Position numbers and translations under genes: made by a program. 21,493 nucleotides of DNA, from the NCBI GenBank assembly GCA_019057635.1, contig DXJL01000046.1, positions 1 to 21,493 of the forward strand. Direction: 5' to 3'. The notes beneath the pieces are model-generated. The model had not been told where the DNA came from. It saw only the letters and a program-made list of their open reading frames with translations, and did not search any database. Shown piece after piece: positions 1 through 9,217 of the stretch (the first letter of the stretch is position 1; each line of letters opens with the position of its first letter). This DNA is from Candidatus Heimdallarchaeota archaeon (lineage in GTDB: Archaea; Asgardarchaeota; Heimdallarchaeia; Hodarchaeales; Hodarchaeaceae).

Positions 1-366
1 ACCTTCTTCTTTGTCATGAAGATGAACCCATGAACATTGCTCTCTAATGTTGGCTACTTCAACAACTTCAGGATTCATCCCACTGCGTTTCATCAATTTC
101 TTCCAAGTTGGACCATGTAGTCTCGGCGAACAGGCAGACACAACTATTTTATCAATTCCCTTCTCCTTAATAGCTGTTTCTATTTCTACTTGTCCCGGAT
201 CACTACATGTATAGGTGTTAACTTGTACAAGTTCGACATTGGGTAAGTCTTTGATTTCTTCTGCAATTTTATCGATATCTACAGAGCCAGCGATGTTTTT
301 TCCACATTTACAGAGAAAAACACCTACTTTTGGTTCGCCTTCAACTCTATCTTCGCTTTCTGTCAT
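1..366 (-). CDS. hdrA: Heterodisulfide reductase subunit A-like flavoprotein, N-terminal part (runs off the window edge; absent from the ORF track)
   Basis: Manual translation from ATG at 366: MTESEDRVEGEPKVGVFLCKCGKNIAGSVD...YTCSDPGQ...IVVSACSPRLH...EVANIREQCSWVH. These are HdrA N-terminal motifs (GVFxCxCG, ACSP, NIREQCSWVH). Frame open to base 1. GGTGA SD upstream. Confidence 0.95.
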   Translation of the reverse strand, partial: MTESEDRVEGEPKVGVFLCKCGKNIAGSVDIDKIAEEIKDLPNVELVQVNTYTCSDPGQVEIETAIKEKGIDKIVVSACSPRLHGPTWKKLMKRSGMNPEVVEVANIREQCSWVHLHDKEEG

Positions 367-384
367 TTTTCCAGTCACCTATAT

Positions 385-1245
385 TCATCGTTTCTTTTGT
401 GCTGTTTCTCGAAGTTGTTTAATTTTTTGGGTAAATCCTTCCCGTGGACTATTCACAAATTCACCACATACTATTCTCCCATTTTTGTGAGAATACTCGG
501 CATCATGTGGTGGACAATTCTTTTCGATAACTACTTGCTTTCTAAGCCATTCTAACATCTTAACTGCGTCACCAAGATTATTTTTCCTACCATATTGCGT
601 GAAACAGGGAGCAAGAACCTCTATGAAGCTGAAGCCAGGATTATCCATCGCGGCCATTATACTTCCTTTTAACCGAAGGACATCATATCCTGGCCACCTA
701 GCAACATATGACGCACCTGCGGCTGCGGCGAGAGAAACCAGATTGAATGGAGGCTCGATATTTCCATAAGGAGAAGTCGAGGTAAAATCCCCAATTGAAG
801 TAGTAGGAGCACACTGACCACCAGTCATTCCATAAATACCATTATTGTTACAGAGAACGTTTATCTCAATGTTTCTGCGACAGGCATGTATAAAATGATT
901 CCCTCCTATAGCAAAGAGATCCCCGTCACCACTTAAGACAAAAACCTCTAAATCAGGATTCGCAAGTTTTAACCCTGATGCAAACGGAATGGCACGGCCA
1001 TGAGTAGCATGAAAGGCTGGTGCTTTGAAACACCCGCTTGATCTCCCTGTACAGCCAATTCCTGAGACAATCGCATAATCTTTCGGGGTTAAGCCTCGTT
1101 CAACAAGACAGCTAGTAATAGCTGTGATAGCTGTGCCAATTAAACAACCAGCACAGAAAATGAAGCGATTTAAATTCAATCGTCCATGCAATGGATGATC
1201 TTCAGGATAATCATCAGGTAATGATACGTCATTTGATACGGTCAT
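385..1245 (-). CDS. korB: 2-oxoacid:ferredoxin oxidoreductase beta subunit (TPP-binding; 2-oxoglutarate/Kor-like)
   Basis: FCAGC, SGIGC, HATHGRAIPFASGLK, GDGD...NNGIYGMTGGQ TPP motif, PC near the C-terminus. ATGA overlap with the alpha gene. Confidence 0.92.
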   Translation of the reverse strand: MTVSNDVSLPDDYPEDHPLHGRLNLNRFIFCAGCLIGTAITAITSCLVERGLTPKDYAIVSGIGCTGRSSGCFKAPAFHATHGRAIPFASGLKLANPDLEVFVLSGDGDLFAIGGNHFIHACRRNIEINVLCNNNGIYGMTGGQCAPTTSIGDFTSTSPYGNIEPPFNLVSLAAAAGASYVARWPGYDVLRLKGSIMAAMDNPGFSFIEVLAPCFTQYGRKNNLGDAVKMLEWLRKQVVIEKNCPPHDAEYSHKNGRIVCGEFVNSPREGFTQKIKQLRETAQKKR

Positions 1246-2408
1246 TTTTGCATCTCCTTTATTATATTTTCATAGATAAATCCTGGACTGAAAGGGATTG
1301 TTGTTGGAACAAGCATTCCAGAAACTTCAAATCCAAGGTGGCGGAATCGCTCAACCTCCCGAATAACCTGGCCATAGTTCATTTCACTAACAATTAATTT
1401 CTTTATTCCGATTTTCCCCAATTTTTCCATTAATTCTTCTGGGAAAGGCCATAAACTTTTCAAACGTACAGAACCTACTTTGTACCCCTTTTGACGTGCT
1501 CGTTCAACAGCTTCAGGGGTACCCCGTGAATTAATACCATACGACAAGATCACTGTTTCTGCATCGTCCAAATGATTTTCTTCCCAATCATTAATTTCAG
1601 GACGACCTCGCCTTACTTTATCACAAAGTCGGGTTATGAGTTTGATGGCTCCTTCGGGAGTCATATCAGGACTTCCAGTAACATCATGTGTGAGACCAGT
1701 AACATAAAAATTATAATCCGAACCTGCAGTTGCCATTCCTGGAACAAGATCCTCATCAATTATCTCAAATGGTTGATAGTCTTCGGGGGGAACTTGTGGG
1801 CCTTTCCTATTGATAACGTCAAAATTAGAATGATAACGGACAGGTTCCATCATTTGACCGACTATACCGTCCGTTGCTACAATAACTGGTGTTCGATATT
1901 TTTCCGCTAAATTAAAAGCTCTAATCGTAAAATCGTAACATTCTTGGACTGAGGCTGGCGCAAGAACTATCATCTCATAATCCCCATGAGATAGATACCG
2001 GGTTTGCATCACATCAGACTGGGAAGCTTTAGTGGGTTGCCCTGTACTGGGACCACCTCTCATAACGGTTATTATAACCATAGGAGCTTCCAAAATAAAT
2101 CCTAACCCAATGGTTTCAGCCATCAAAGAAAGACCTGGACCTGACGTCGCAGTCATTGCTTTTGCACCAGTGTAAGATGCTCCAACAACGGCAACAATAG
2201 ATGCTAGTTCGTCTTCAAATTGTACAAAGGTTCCATCCACTTGAGGAAGACGACGTGACATATAATGGGCAATTTCTGATGAAGGTGTGATTGGATACCC
2301 TCCAAAGAACCGACATCCAACTGCAATTGCCCCTTCTGCACATGCATAATTCCCAGTTGTCAAAATTAATTTCGACTGCTTGGATTTTTCCTGACTACCA
2401 CTACTCAT
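1242..2408 (-). CDS. korA: 2-oxoacid:ferredoxin oxidoreductase alpha subunit (start revised to ATG 2408)
   Basis: GNYACAEGA, GYPITPSSEI, QFEDE, TATSGPG, RGGPSTGQPT motifs. GGAGG SD precedes ATG 2408, which overlaps the ferredoxin TGA (ATGA), so the 2477 start in the track is probably too long. Confidence 0.92.
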   Translation of the reverse strand: MSSGSQEKSKQSKLILTTGNYACAEGAIAVGCRFFGGYPITPSSEIAHYMSRRLPQVDGTFVQFEDELASIVAVVGASYTGAKAMTATSGPGLSLMAETIGLGFILEAPMVIITVMRGGPSTGQPTKASQSDVMQTRYLSHGDYEMIVLAPASVQECYDFTIRAFNLAEKYRTPVIVATDGIVGQMMEPVRYHSNFDVINRKGPQVPPEDYQPFEIIDEDLVPGMATAGSDYNFYVTGLTHDVTGSPDMTPEGAIKLITRLCDKVRRGRPEINDWEENHLDDAETVILSYGINSRGTPEAVERARQKGYKVGSVRLKSLWPFPEELMEKLGKIGIKKLIVSEMNYGQVIREVERFRHLGFEVSGMLVPTTIPFSPGFIYENIIKEMQK

Positions 2409-2689
2409 GATGAATCCTCCTGAGCAATGTCTTTTTCCAATACAAAGATTGACACCGAGGGGCAAATCCGCTCGCACTGTCTACATCCTGTACATGCATC
2501 TAAATCGATAACGGCTGCATAATGTAGCATGCGACTATTGAAGGATTCTTTGTCAATTTCTAACACATCACAAGGACAGAATTCGACACATAACTCACAT
2601 CCATCGCATTGTTCAGTAACAATCTTAATTTGATACTCTTTTTGTGCAGGTGGTGGGGCTAAAATTGGTGTTCTCTTGGAATTCAACAT
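2405..2689 (-). CDS. korD: 2[4Fe-4S] ferredoxin, delta subunit of the 2-oxoacid:ferredoxin oxidoreductase (start 2689 or 2710)
   Basis: Two CxxCxxCxxxCP motifs (CDGCELCVEFCP; CTGCRQCERICP). First gene of the delta-alpha-beta run. GAGG precedes ATG 2689. Confidence 0.85.
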   Translation of the reverse strand: MLNSKRTPILAPPPAQKEYQIKIVTEQCDGCELCVEFCPCDVLEIDKESFNSRMLHYAAVIDLDACTGCRQCERICPSVSIFVLEKDIAQEDSS

Positions 2690-2871
2690 TTTCTTTCCTC
2701 TTCGGGGCATTTGAATAATCCTATTGAATATCTTTCTTGTGATTATGTTTTGATGATGAGGTTTTTAAATCTGTTTTTTGTTCATGGCAGAACATATGCT
2801 AGGATATTCATCTGTTATCTACAAAATAATTAAACACATCTATATTGTAAGTACTTGAAAAAATCCTTACT

Positions 2872-2887
2872 CCAAAATCTTTAAGTA
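2872..2887 (+). promoter_or_regulatory. Putative archaeal BRE/TATA promoter of the gamma-subunit gene
   Basis: CCAAAATCTTTAAGTA about 55 nt upstream of ATG 2941. Confidence 0.4.
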
Positions 2888-2940
2888 CGGTATTTCAAAT
2901 ATCTTACTGTAGCAAATAGGCTATAAAATGGGGTTTATTG

Positions 2941-3504
2941 ATGAAAGTAAAATTCCGCTTCTCTGGACGTGGTGGGCAGGGTATTAAATTTCTTGGATCT
3001 GCATTAGTACGTGTAGCTATGGAAGCCGACCTACATGCCACATTAAGCGTAGATTATACGCCTTCAGTAAGAGGTGGCCCAATATTTTGTGATGTGGTTA
3101 TTAGTTCCGACCCCATTGCTTATCCCTACTGTGATGCAGATGCGGATTATTTTGTCGCAATTGATCAAAAAGGATTTGAACGTGCAGCAGAATGCATAGG
3201 TGAAAACACAACATCCTATGTTGATTCTAACAGCATTGATGAGATTGCAGAACAAGTAATTACCAAAGGGACTTTCCATCGTGTTCCGATTACGATACGT
3301 GCAGATGAACATAAGGTTACAGGTTCTGTTAACGTACTTTCCTTGGGATTTTTATCAGAACACCTCAAGAAAACCGCAAAACCAAATCTAGAGGAAGAAC
3401 AATATCACAAGGTTTTCAATAAAATGAGAAATTCTGAAGGCAATATAAAAACATTTCAACTTGGGAAAGACCTTTATCATGAGGTTATTGGCTCAACAGC
3501 ATGA
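2941..3504 (+). CDS. korG: 2-oxoacid:ferredoxin oxidoreductase gamma subunit (divergently transcribed)
   Basis: N-terminal RFSGRGGQGI, then YTPSVRGG...DVVIS..PI.YP and NVLSLG motifs of POR/KOR gamma subunits. ATG at 2941 follows the in-frame TTG at 2938. Confidence 0.88.
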   Translation: MKVKFRFSGRGGQGIKFLGSALVRVAMEADLHATLSVDYTPSVRGGPIFCDVVISSDPIAYPYCDADADYFVAIDQKGFERAAECIGENTTSYVDSNSIDEIAEQVITKGTFHRVPITIRADEHKVTGSVNVLSLGFLSEHLKKTAKPNLEEEQYHKVFNKMRNSEGNIKTFQLGKDLYHEVIGSTA

Positions 3505-3550
3505 TATCAGAATTAAATTATATAATTTTAAAAATTACTTTAAATTGCTC

Positions 3551-4597
3551 TCAATGAAGAGATTTAGATAATGTGTCAACGTCAAACTTGTAATCAACCC
3601 ATGTTTTATAGTGTTTGAACCCTAATTTTCTATTTATAGTTATCATTGGCTCATTGACCAAGGCAAAATCTGTAGCGACAATTTTCATTGTAGGGAACTT
3701 CTTTTTACAGTAGAAAAGCATTTCTGCCTTTAACCATTTTCCTAATCCTCGTCCTTGAAATTCTTTTTTCACTCCCGTCAAACCTTGATAGAGAAGTGTC
3801 GACCGATCATTGAACAGAAATGTCTCTGTTAATCCACTAATTATTCCGTCTTTTTCTCTAGATATAAAGGTCGTTCTTTTGGTTTTTAACTTGGCATACC
3901 GTTCTTCTGTAGCTCTTCTTATCTCTGGAGTCTCTTTTGCCTCCCATTCTAATTCCCCTCTTGGGATAAGATTAAGAGTATCAGTAAAAAGCTGACAATA
4001 TTCTGCAATAATCTCCTCTGGAATCTTCTCGTACTGTTCAATTGTCGCTCCATTTGTTCTTTTCTTACCCGATTTCCTCCACTCATTTAACATATCCCAA
4101 TCGATATTTTCAACGTTAAGTCTACTTTCTTCTTCAGTGATCGCTTTCTTTCCATTTAGAGAAACACAAAATGATCTTCCTGATTCCTGATGACTTCCAC
4201 CTTGGACTACAGATTTATTTTCGTGTTTTAATCTTACTAATGCTTCAGTCAGAATGGCTGTAGCAATTCCTTTCCGACGATACGTTCTGCTTACAGCAAC
4301 ATGTAGAAATGCCATATGTTTGTTAGGTTCATAAGCTGGATTGTTTTTCTCATATATCATCAAGTTTGCTGATCCAATTACTTCCTCTTGATCTTTTAAA
4401 CGCGCAATCCAGTAAATATTGGTAGATCTAGGATCAGGTAAAAGGAAAGATTTCTTTTTTTCTTCTTTTGAAGGTACTGGATCACCAGGAAACTCCTCAC
4501 GATATATTTCCTCTCCAAAATTCAAAAAATTATCCCAAAGAATGTTTGAAGCACTCTTAGGTTCAAATATACGAATTTCATATTCCATTTCGTTCAA
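3551..4597 (-). CDS. Tandem GNAT-family N-acetyltransferase
   Basis: Two acetyl-CoA-binding motif A copies (VSRTYRRKGIAT; TGVKKEFQGRGLGKWLK) and C-terminal NEPMITINRKLGF. Confidence 0.88.
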   Translation of the reverse strand: MNEMEYEIRIFEPKSASNILWDNFLNFGEEIYREEFPGDPVPSKEEKKKSFLLPDPRSTNIYWIARLKDQEEVIGSANLMIYEKNNPAYEPNKHMAFLHVAVSRTYRRKGIATAILTEALVRLKHENKSVVQGGSHQESGRSFCVSLNGKKAITEEESRLNVENIDWDMLNEWRKSGKKRTNGATIEQYEKIPEEIIAEYCQLFTDTLNLIPRGELEWEAKETPEIRRATEERYAKLKTKRTTFISREKDGIISGLTETFLFNDRSTLLYQGLTGVKKEFQGRGLGKWLKAEMLFYCKKKFPTMKIVATDFALVNEPMITINRKLGFKHYKTWVDYKFDVDTLSKSLH

Positions 4598-5118
4598 TTT
4601 CCCAAAATTAGGCTACATCAGTCTCGAAAATAAACTATATTCTTTTCAACTCTTACAGTAAGATCATCCATAGGCCCACGAGGGTGTAAAAAGTTATTTA
4701 CTTCTCTAGTCGAATATTTATTTAGATATTATGCTGTATCAATATTTGGAATACTCAAAGGATCTTTTACTTTGGTCAATTTTAATAGCATTGAGCGAAT
4801 AATCGAATAGACTACTTAACACGATAGTGGTCAATGTTTGACTGGAAATTATTTCGGGATAAATATAGTTACCCAGAATGGCAATGGCGGTTTGGAGGAC
4901 AAAGATGTCAGAATCGCACTCAGATGAAGTGATAAGAAGATAGAAACCTACTTTATTTAGGAAATTTGATTATGTGTGGGAATGTATGTAGTATCAAAGA
5001 CGTCTTGATGTTTCATTTAGCAATAAAATTGGGGTGGAATATAGTTCAGAATGGTTAACTATGAAAGTGATGGGAAAATCATTTCTTTCCTGATTCACCC
5101 AGCTCTTTTTTTCATGAG

Positions 5119-6477
5119 CTATCCTGAACTTTCATTCTGAAATTCTCCTTCTCCTGACCTGATAAGTCCTTTTCTTACTAATACAGGTCCTACTAACTCA
5201 GATAAAATTACTCCCATACCAACGACATTGATCACTAATGAAGCTTGATCCTGCAAACCTAATGTTGTGAGTTGATTAAATACCATTCCAGCAAGGCCTA
5301 TTGCTACCCCTGCTTGGGGCGTAAGGCAGAGTGGAAGGTTGTTACGAACATTCTTCTGCATATTAGACAAACTACCTGTAGAATAAACCCCCATCATCTT
5401 ACCTATAATTCGGGCAAAGAAATATGCGAGTGAAAGTACCAATATCAATGGTTCACGAAATATTAACCCTAAATCCATCTCTAATCCAATTAAAACAAAA
5501 AATAAAAGAATAATAGGACTGAAAAGAGTATCCACGAGAGAAAAATGAGGTTCGAAATTCCAACTTCCCTCTGGATCGTCAATTTGACTTTCATGAGAAA
5601 TTAGTGAAGGTTTTTGTCTTTCGAACTTTAAGAAGCTCACAATTTTTTCTACATTACTCTTCTTCTGAAGACTTTTTAATGTCATTCCAAATAAGAACAT
5701 TGTAAGAATCACACTACCATGCAGAATTAAAACCATACCCATCATCAATAGTGCAACACCAATGATCCATTCAGCCATTCTTCCTCTTTCCCTAAACCGT
5801 ACTCTTCTAGCTACAAACACGGTTAAAAATGCAAATACAATACCTATTAAAACAGAAATGACAATCTCCTGAAGTACCTTCAAAAATTCAATCGCAATAT
5901 CAGATGATATGGCTCCATTAGAAGATAAAGATGCTATCCCCAGTGTTAATGCAATATTTACCATTAATATTGCGAGAATATCATCAAATGCGATCATAAA
6001 CATGATAGTGGATGTCAGCTCCCCCTTTGCTCTATATTCGCTTATAATCTGTGTTGTTGCGGCAGGAGCTGTTGCCATTGCTATCGATCCAAAAATTACA
6101 GCCAACATTAAATCCTGAGTAAGGATATATAGACCTATAGTGACAAGGAAGAATGCTCCGAAAGCTTCACCCAATAGAACTAAACCCAGAGACTTTCCTT
6201 TTTGTTTCAATAACTTAAAATCGATTTTATTGCCAATTTCAAAGCCAATGAAACCCAACGCTAATTCCGTAACAAAAATTTTTATTAAAACGATATCTGA
6301 CGAGAAAATATAGCCGCGAACATCCGTTATTATCCCTAGAACTAATCCCCCTAGAATCAAACCTAATACGGTTGGAATATTAAGTTTTTTCAGATAGAAT
6401 GCGGTAAATAATGCGAACAGAATTATAACTCCTACTTCTAGAAGAATCAAACCAATTTCTGCACTTGAATTAACCAT
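5119..6477 (-). CDS. Monovalent cation:proton antiporter (CPA/KefB-like)
   Basis: Many TM helices, ATAPAAT, AFDD, ARIIGK and PQAGVAIGLA motifs of Na+(K+)/H+ exchangers. Confidence 0.9.
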   Translation of the reverse strand: MVNSSAEIGLILLEVGVIILFALFTAFYLKKLNIPTVLGLILGGLVLGIITDVRGYIFSSDIVLIKIFVTELALGFIGFEIGNKIDFKLLKQKGKSLGLVLLGEAFGAFFLVTIGLYILTQDLMLAVIFGSIAMATAPAATTQIISEYRAKGELTSTIMFMIAFDDILAILMVNIALTLGIASLSSNGAISSDIAIEFLKVLQEIVISVLIGIVFAFLTVFVARRVRFRERGRMAEWIIGVALLMMGMVLILHGSVILTMFLFGMTLKSLQKKSNVEKIVSFLKFERQKPSLISHESQIDDPEGSWNFEPHFSLVDTLFSPIILLFFVLIGLEMDLGLIFREPLILVLSLAYFFARIIGKMMGVYSTGSLSNMQKNVRNNLPLCLTPQAGVAIGLAGMVFNQLTTLGLQDQASLVINVVGMGVILSELVGPVLVRKGLIRSGEGEFQNESSG

Positions 6478-6692
6478 TGTGTAACCGAACCAGTCATTAT
6501 TTTATTAATAGATTCCTAGAGTAACGGTACTAATACCATGTTCATTTTCCGAGATAATTGGCTGCATCTCTTGAGTCTATTCATTGAAAGAAGCTGAACC
6601 CTTTTCCTCTGGAATTCTGTTTGAACGAACATGCGAGGGTTCGTAGGAGAAATCTACAAATTTCTACCAAAAAATAAAATATTCCCATACTT

Positions 6693-8711
6693 TTAGAATA
6701 TTAAACCCACATCGCTGGAAAATTGAATTACTCTACTCACAACAACTCCGATTGCAATTGCAAACAAGATTTCAAATCCCACAATTACTAATGTTTTTTT
6801 CCATCTCAATTCTCTCCTTAATGCAGCAATTGTTGCAATACAAGGAATATAGAACATGGTAACAACGGAAAATACAATCATCTGAACAGGACTCATCACA
6901 GTAGCAAAATCCATTGTTCCAAAAAGCGTTCCAAGTAAGATAACAGCTAATTCCTTCCGAAAAATCCCGAAAATGAGTGCAATTCCGATTTCTTCAGGAA
7001 GTTCCAACAAAGTCACCGTTACTGGTGACAATACAGCATTCATTATGTCTAGAAACTCATAAATTTCTAATGCTTTTAGAATTATGTTCCCAACGATAAT
7101 TAATGGTAATGCAATATAGATGAACTCTTTAAGTCTAAACCAGGTTTGAGTTAATACCACTTTTGTATTTGGCTTTCTAAATGAAACCATTTCCATAATA
7201 AGGCCCATAGGTTCTCCAGGAAGTGTTTTCAGAGCTAATTTCCCTAAAATAATAATAACCAATAAGTTTAACAAATAAAGAAGGAGAACCCAATGAAATC
7301 CCAAAAATTTTCCAACAAGTGCGAAGATAATGAGTGTCTGGGCAGTACAGGGTATTAAAGTGACGATAAAAATTGCAAGCGTTCGATCGCGTTGACGTTC
7401 CAGTATGCGGCACCCCAGACAAGCAGGAACATTACATCCGATTCCTAACATGCAGGGAATGAAAGCTTTTCCATGTAATCCTATGGTATGCATCAGACGA
7501 TCCATCAGGAAAGCGATTCGAGTCATATAGCCTGAGTCCTCTAAAATACCCAAGATTAAATAAAAAGGAAGTATATACGGTAACGCGATTGAGATGCCGC
7601 CCATTAATCCTTCCAAGGAGGCCCATATTAATTCTGATAGAAGTCCTTCTCCGAAAACATCAACATGGAAAGGTTTCAGATTTTCAAATAGAATTAAAAG
7701 GGAACTGGAGACAGTATCTCCGATATAAAATACTCCAAATAAAAGTAAAGTCACAGATACAAATAAAATGAAATAACCAAGAATTGGATGAAGAATGATT
7801 GAATCAATACGTTCTCTAAGAGGGGGAACGATTTTAGCTTCAATTTGTTGTACCTCGCTTAGAATACTACTGACTACATCATATCTTTCTGAGGTAATTA
7901 GTGATCCACACGAGTGACCATGAAATTCTTCTAATGAAAGAATTAATGCCCTACTAAAAACTAAGATATCGGTATACTCTTCTGGTTGCTTATGATCGTT
8001 TCTAAAATGCTGGAAGGGAACTTTCTGTTTTCTTCTTATTTGTTTAAGTATTTCTTCATCTTCTTCTAATATTTTAAGAGCAAGCCACCTTTGAGGGTAA
8101 GTGGGGAGGATTTTTTTTATTTCTAACACTTTCTGAATCTTACTAATCTGAGCCTCAAGTTCAGGGCCATAAAATGTTGTTTTAGGAATGCTCTTTTTTT
8201 TCCCCGTGTAGATTGCTACTATATCATCTAAAACTTTTGTAAATCCTATTCCTCTTGTAGCAACAGTTGGAATCACAGGAAAACCTACTGCTGTCTCTAG
8301 CTTCTTAAAATCTAATAAAATTCCTTTACTCCTTGCTATGTCCATTTGATTGACTAACAAGATCAATGGAGTATTGAGTTCCATCAACTGTAGAGTGAAG
8401 AACAAATTACGTTCTAGAATTGAACCATCTACAACATTGATAATGACATCAGGTTTCTCTGTAAGTATGAATTCACGTGAAATAATTTCTTCAAGAGAAT
8501 AGGTACTTAAGGAATAAATTCCTGGCAAATCAATTATCTCAATCTCATATCCCTTATGATAGACTGAACCAACTGCTCTTTCGATCGTTTTCCCAGGCCA
8601 ATTACCAATATGTTGATGTAATCCTGTTAGTAAATTAAAGATTACACTTTTTCCGACATTTGCATTTCCTGCTAAAGCTACACGAATCTTTTGAATGTTG
8701 GAATTCTTCAC
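6693..8711 (-). CDS. feoB: Ferrous iron transporter FeoB
   Basis: GTPase motifs GNANVGKS, NWPGKT, DLPG, NQMD. Membrane part with LEDSGYMTR, GCNVPA, IPC, YIPCIAT. Confidence 0.97.
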   Translation of the reverse strand: MKNSNIQKIRVALAGNANVGKSVIFNLLTGLHQHIGNWPGKTIERAVGSVYHKGYEIEIIDLPGIYSLSTYSLEEIISREFILTEKPDVIINVVDGSILERNLFFTLQLMELNTPLILLVNQMDIARSKGILLDFKKLETAVGFPVIPTVATRGIGFTKVLDDIVAIYTGKKKSIPKTTFYGPELEAQISKIQKVLEIKKILPTYPQRWLALKILEEDEEILKQIRRKQKVPFQHFRNDHKQPEEYTDILVFSRALILSLEEFHGHSCGSLITSERYDVVSSILSEVQQIEAKIVPPLRERIDSIILHPILGYFILFVSVTLLLFGVFYIGDTVSSSLLILFENLKPFHVDVFGEGLLSELIWASLEGLMGGISIALPYILPFYLILGILEDSGYMTRIAFLMDRLMHTIGLHGKAFIPCMLGIGCNVPACLGCRILERQRDRTLAIFIVTLIPCTAQTLIIFALVGKFLGFHWVLLLYLLNLLVIIILGKLALKTLPGEPMGLIMEMVSFRKPNTKVVLTQTWFRLKEFIYIALPLIIVGNIILKALEIYEFLDIMNAVLSPVTVTLLELPEEIGIALIFGIFRKELAVILLGTLFGTMDFATVMSPVQMIVFSVVTMFYIPCIATIAALRRELRWKKTLVIVGFEILFAIAIGVVVSRVIQFSSDVGLIF

Positions 8712-8772
8712 TTAATTAAACCACTTTAAAGCTTGGGGTTTTAGTGTTTTGAATATAATAAACAAAGTATCA

Positions 8773-9006
8773 TTAAGTCAAACGCTGAACGATGATTTTA
8801 GCCGCAATTCCACGACCCAACGCTAGATTTGACCCTCGTACTAAAAGATGAATAGGCCCTGCGAATGGTGCACGTCTTTTTACTGTCACTATTGATCCAA
8901 TGGTTAATCCTAGGTCATTTAATCGCTGATTTACCATTCTACCACCTCTTATCTCTAGAATTTTACCTTTATTTCCAACATTTAGGTCGATTAATGCCGT
9001 AATCAT
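8773..9006 (-). CDS. feoA: Ferrous iron transport protein FeoA
   Basis: 77 aa SH3-like with RLNDLGLTIG, APFAGPI, VRGSNLALG. Directly upstream of feoB. Confidence 0.95.
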   Translation of the reverse strand: MITALIDLNVGNKGKILEIRGGRMVNQRLNDLGLTIGSIVTVKRRAPFAGPIHLLVRGSNLALGRGIAAKIIVQRLT

Positions 9007-9217
9007 TATCTCTTTTCTTCTATCAATTTGGTTGACAATATAGGATTAGACCCACTTTCAATTGATTCAGGTGATAGGTACTATAAATATGTTCACACAT
9101 GAAAACTTTTAATTGGAGGATTCAGAAGCCTGGATTTATAATAGATTTTCCGTTTCTTTACTGTCCACTCGCATGAAACTTGAACTGCTAATCTTCAGAA
9201 AATGAAACCAAAACACA

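Noticed and set aside
215-490. + strand ORF, and other antisense shadow ORFs (1191, 1572, 3064, 3810, 4419, 5909, 7589, 9894, 11224, 12646, 14741, 15953, 17089, 17653, 20453)
   Set aside because: They overlap well-supported genes on the opposite strand and have no recognisable motifs.
7177-7626. Alternative-frame ORFs inside feoB (7177-7422, 7432-7626) and 12511-12705 inside the ATPase
   Set aside because: The host genes are intact in one frame and these products have no motifs, so there is no sign of frameshifting.
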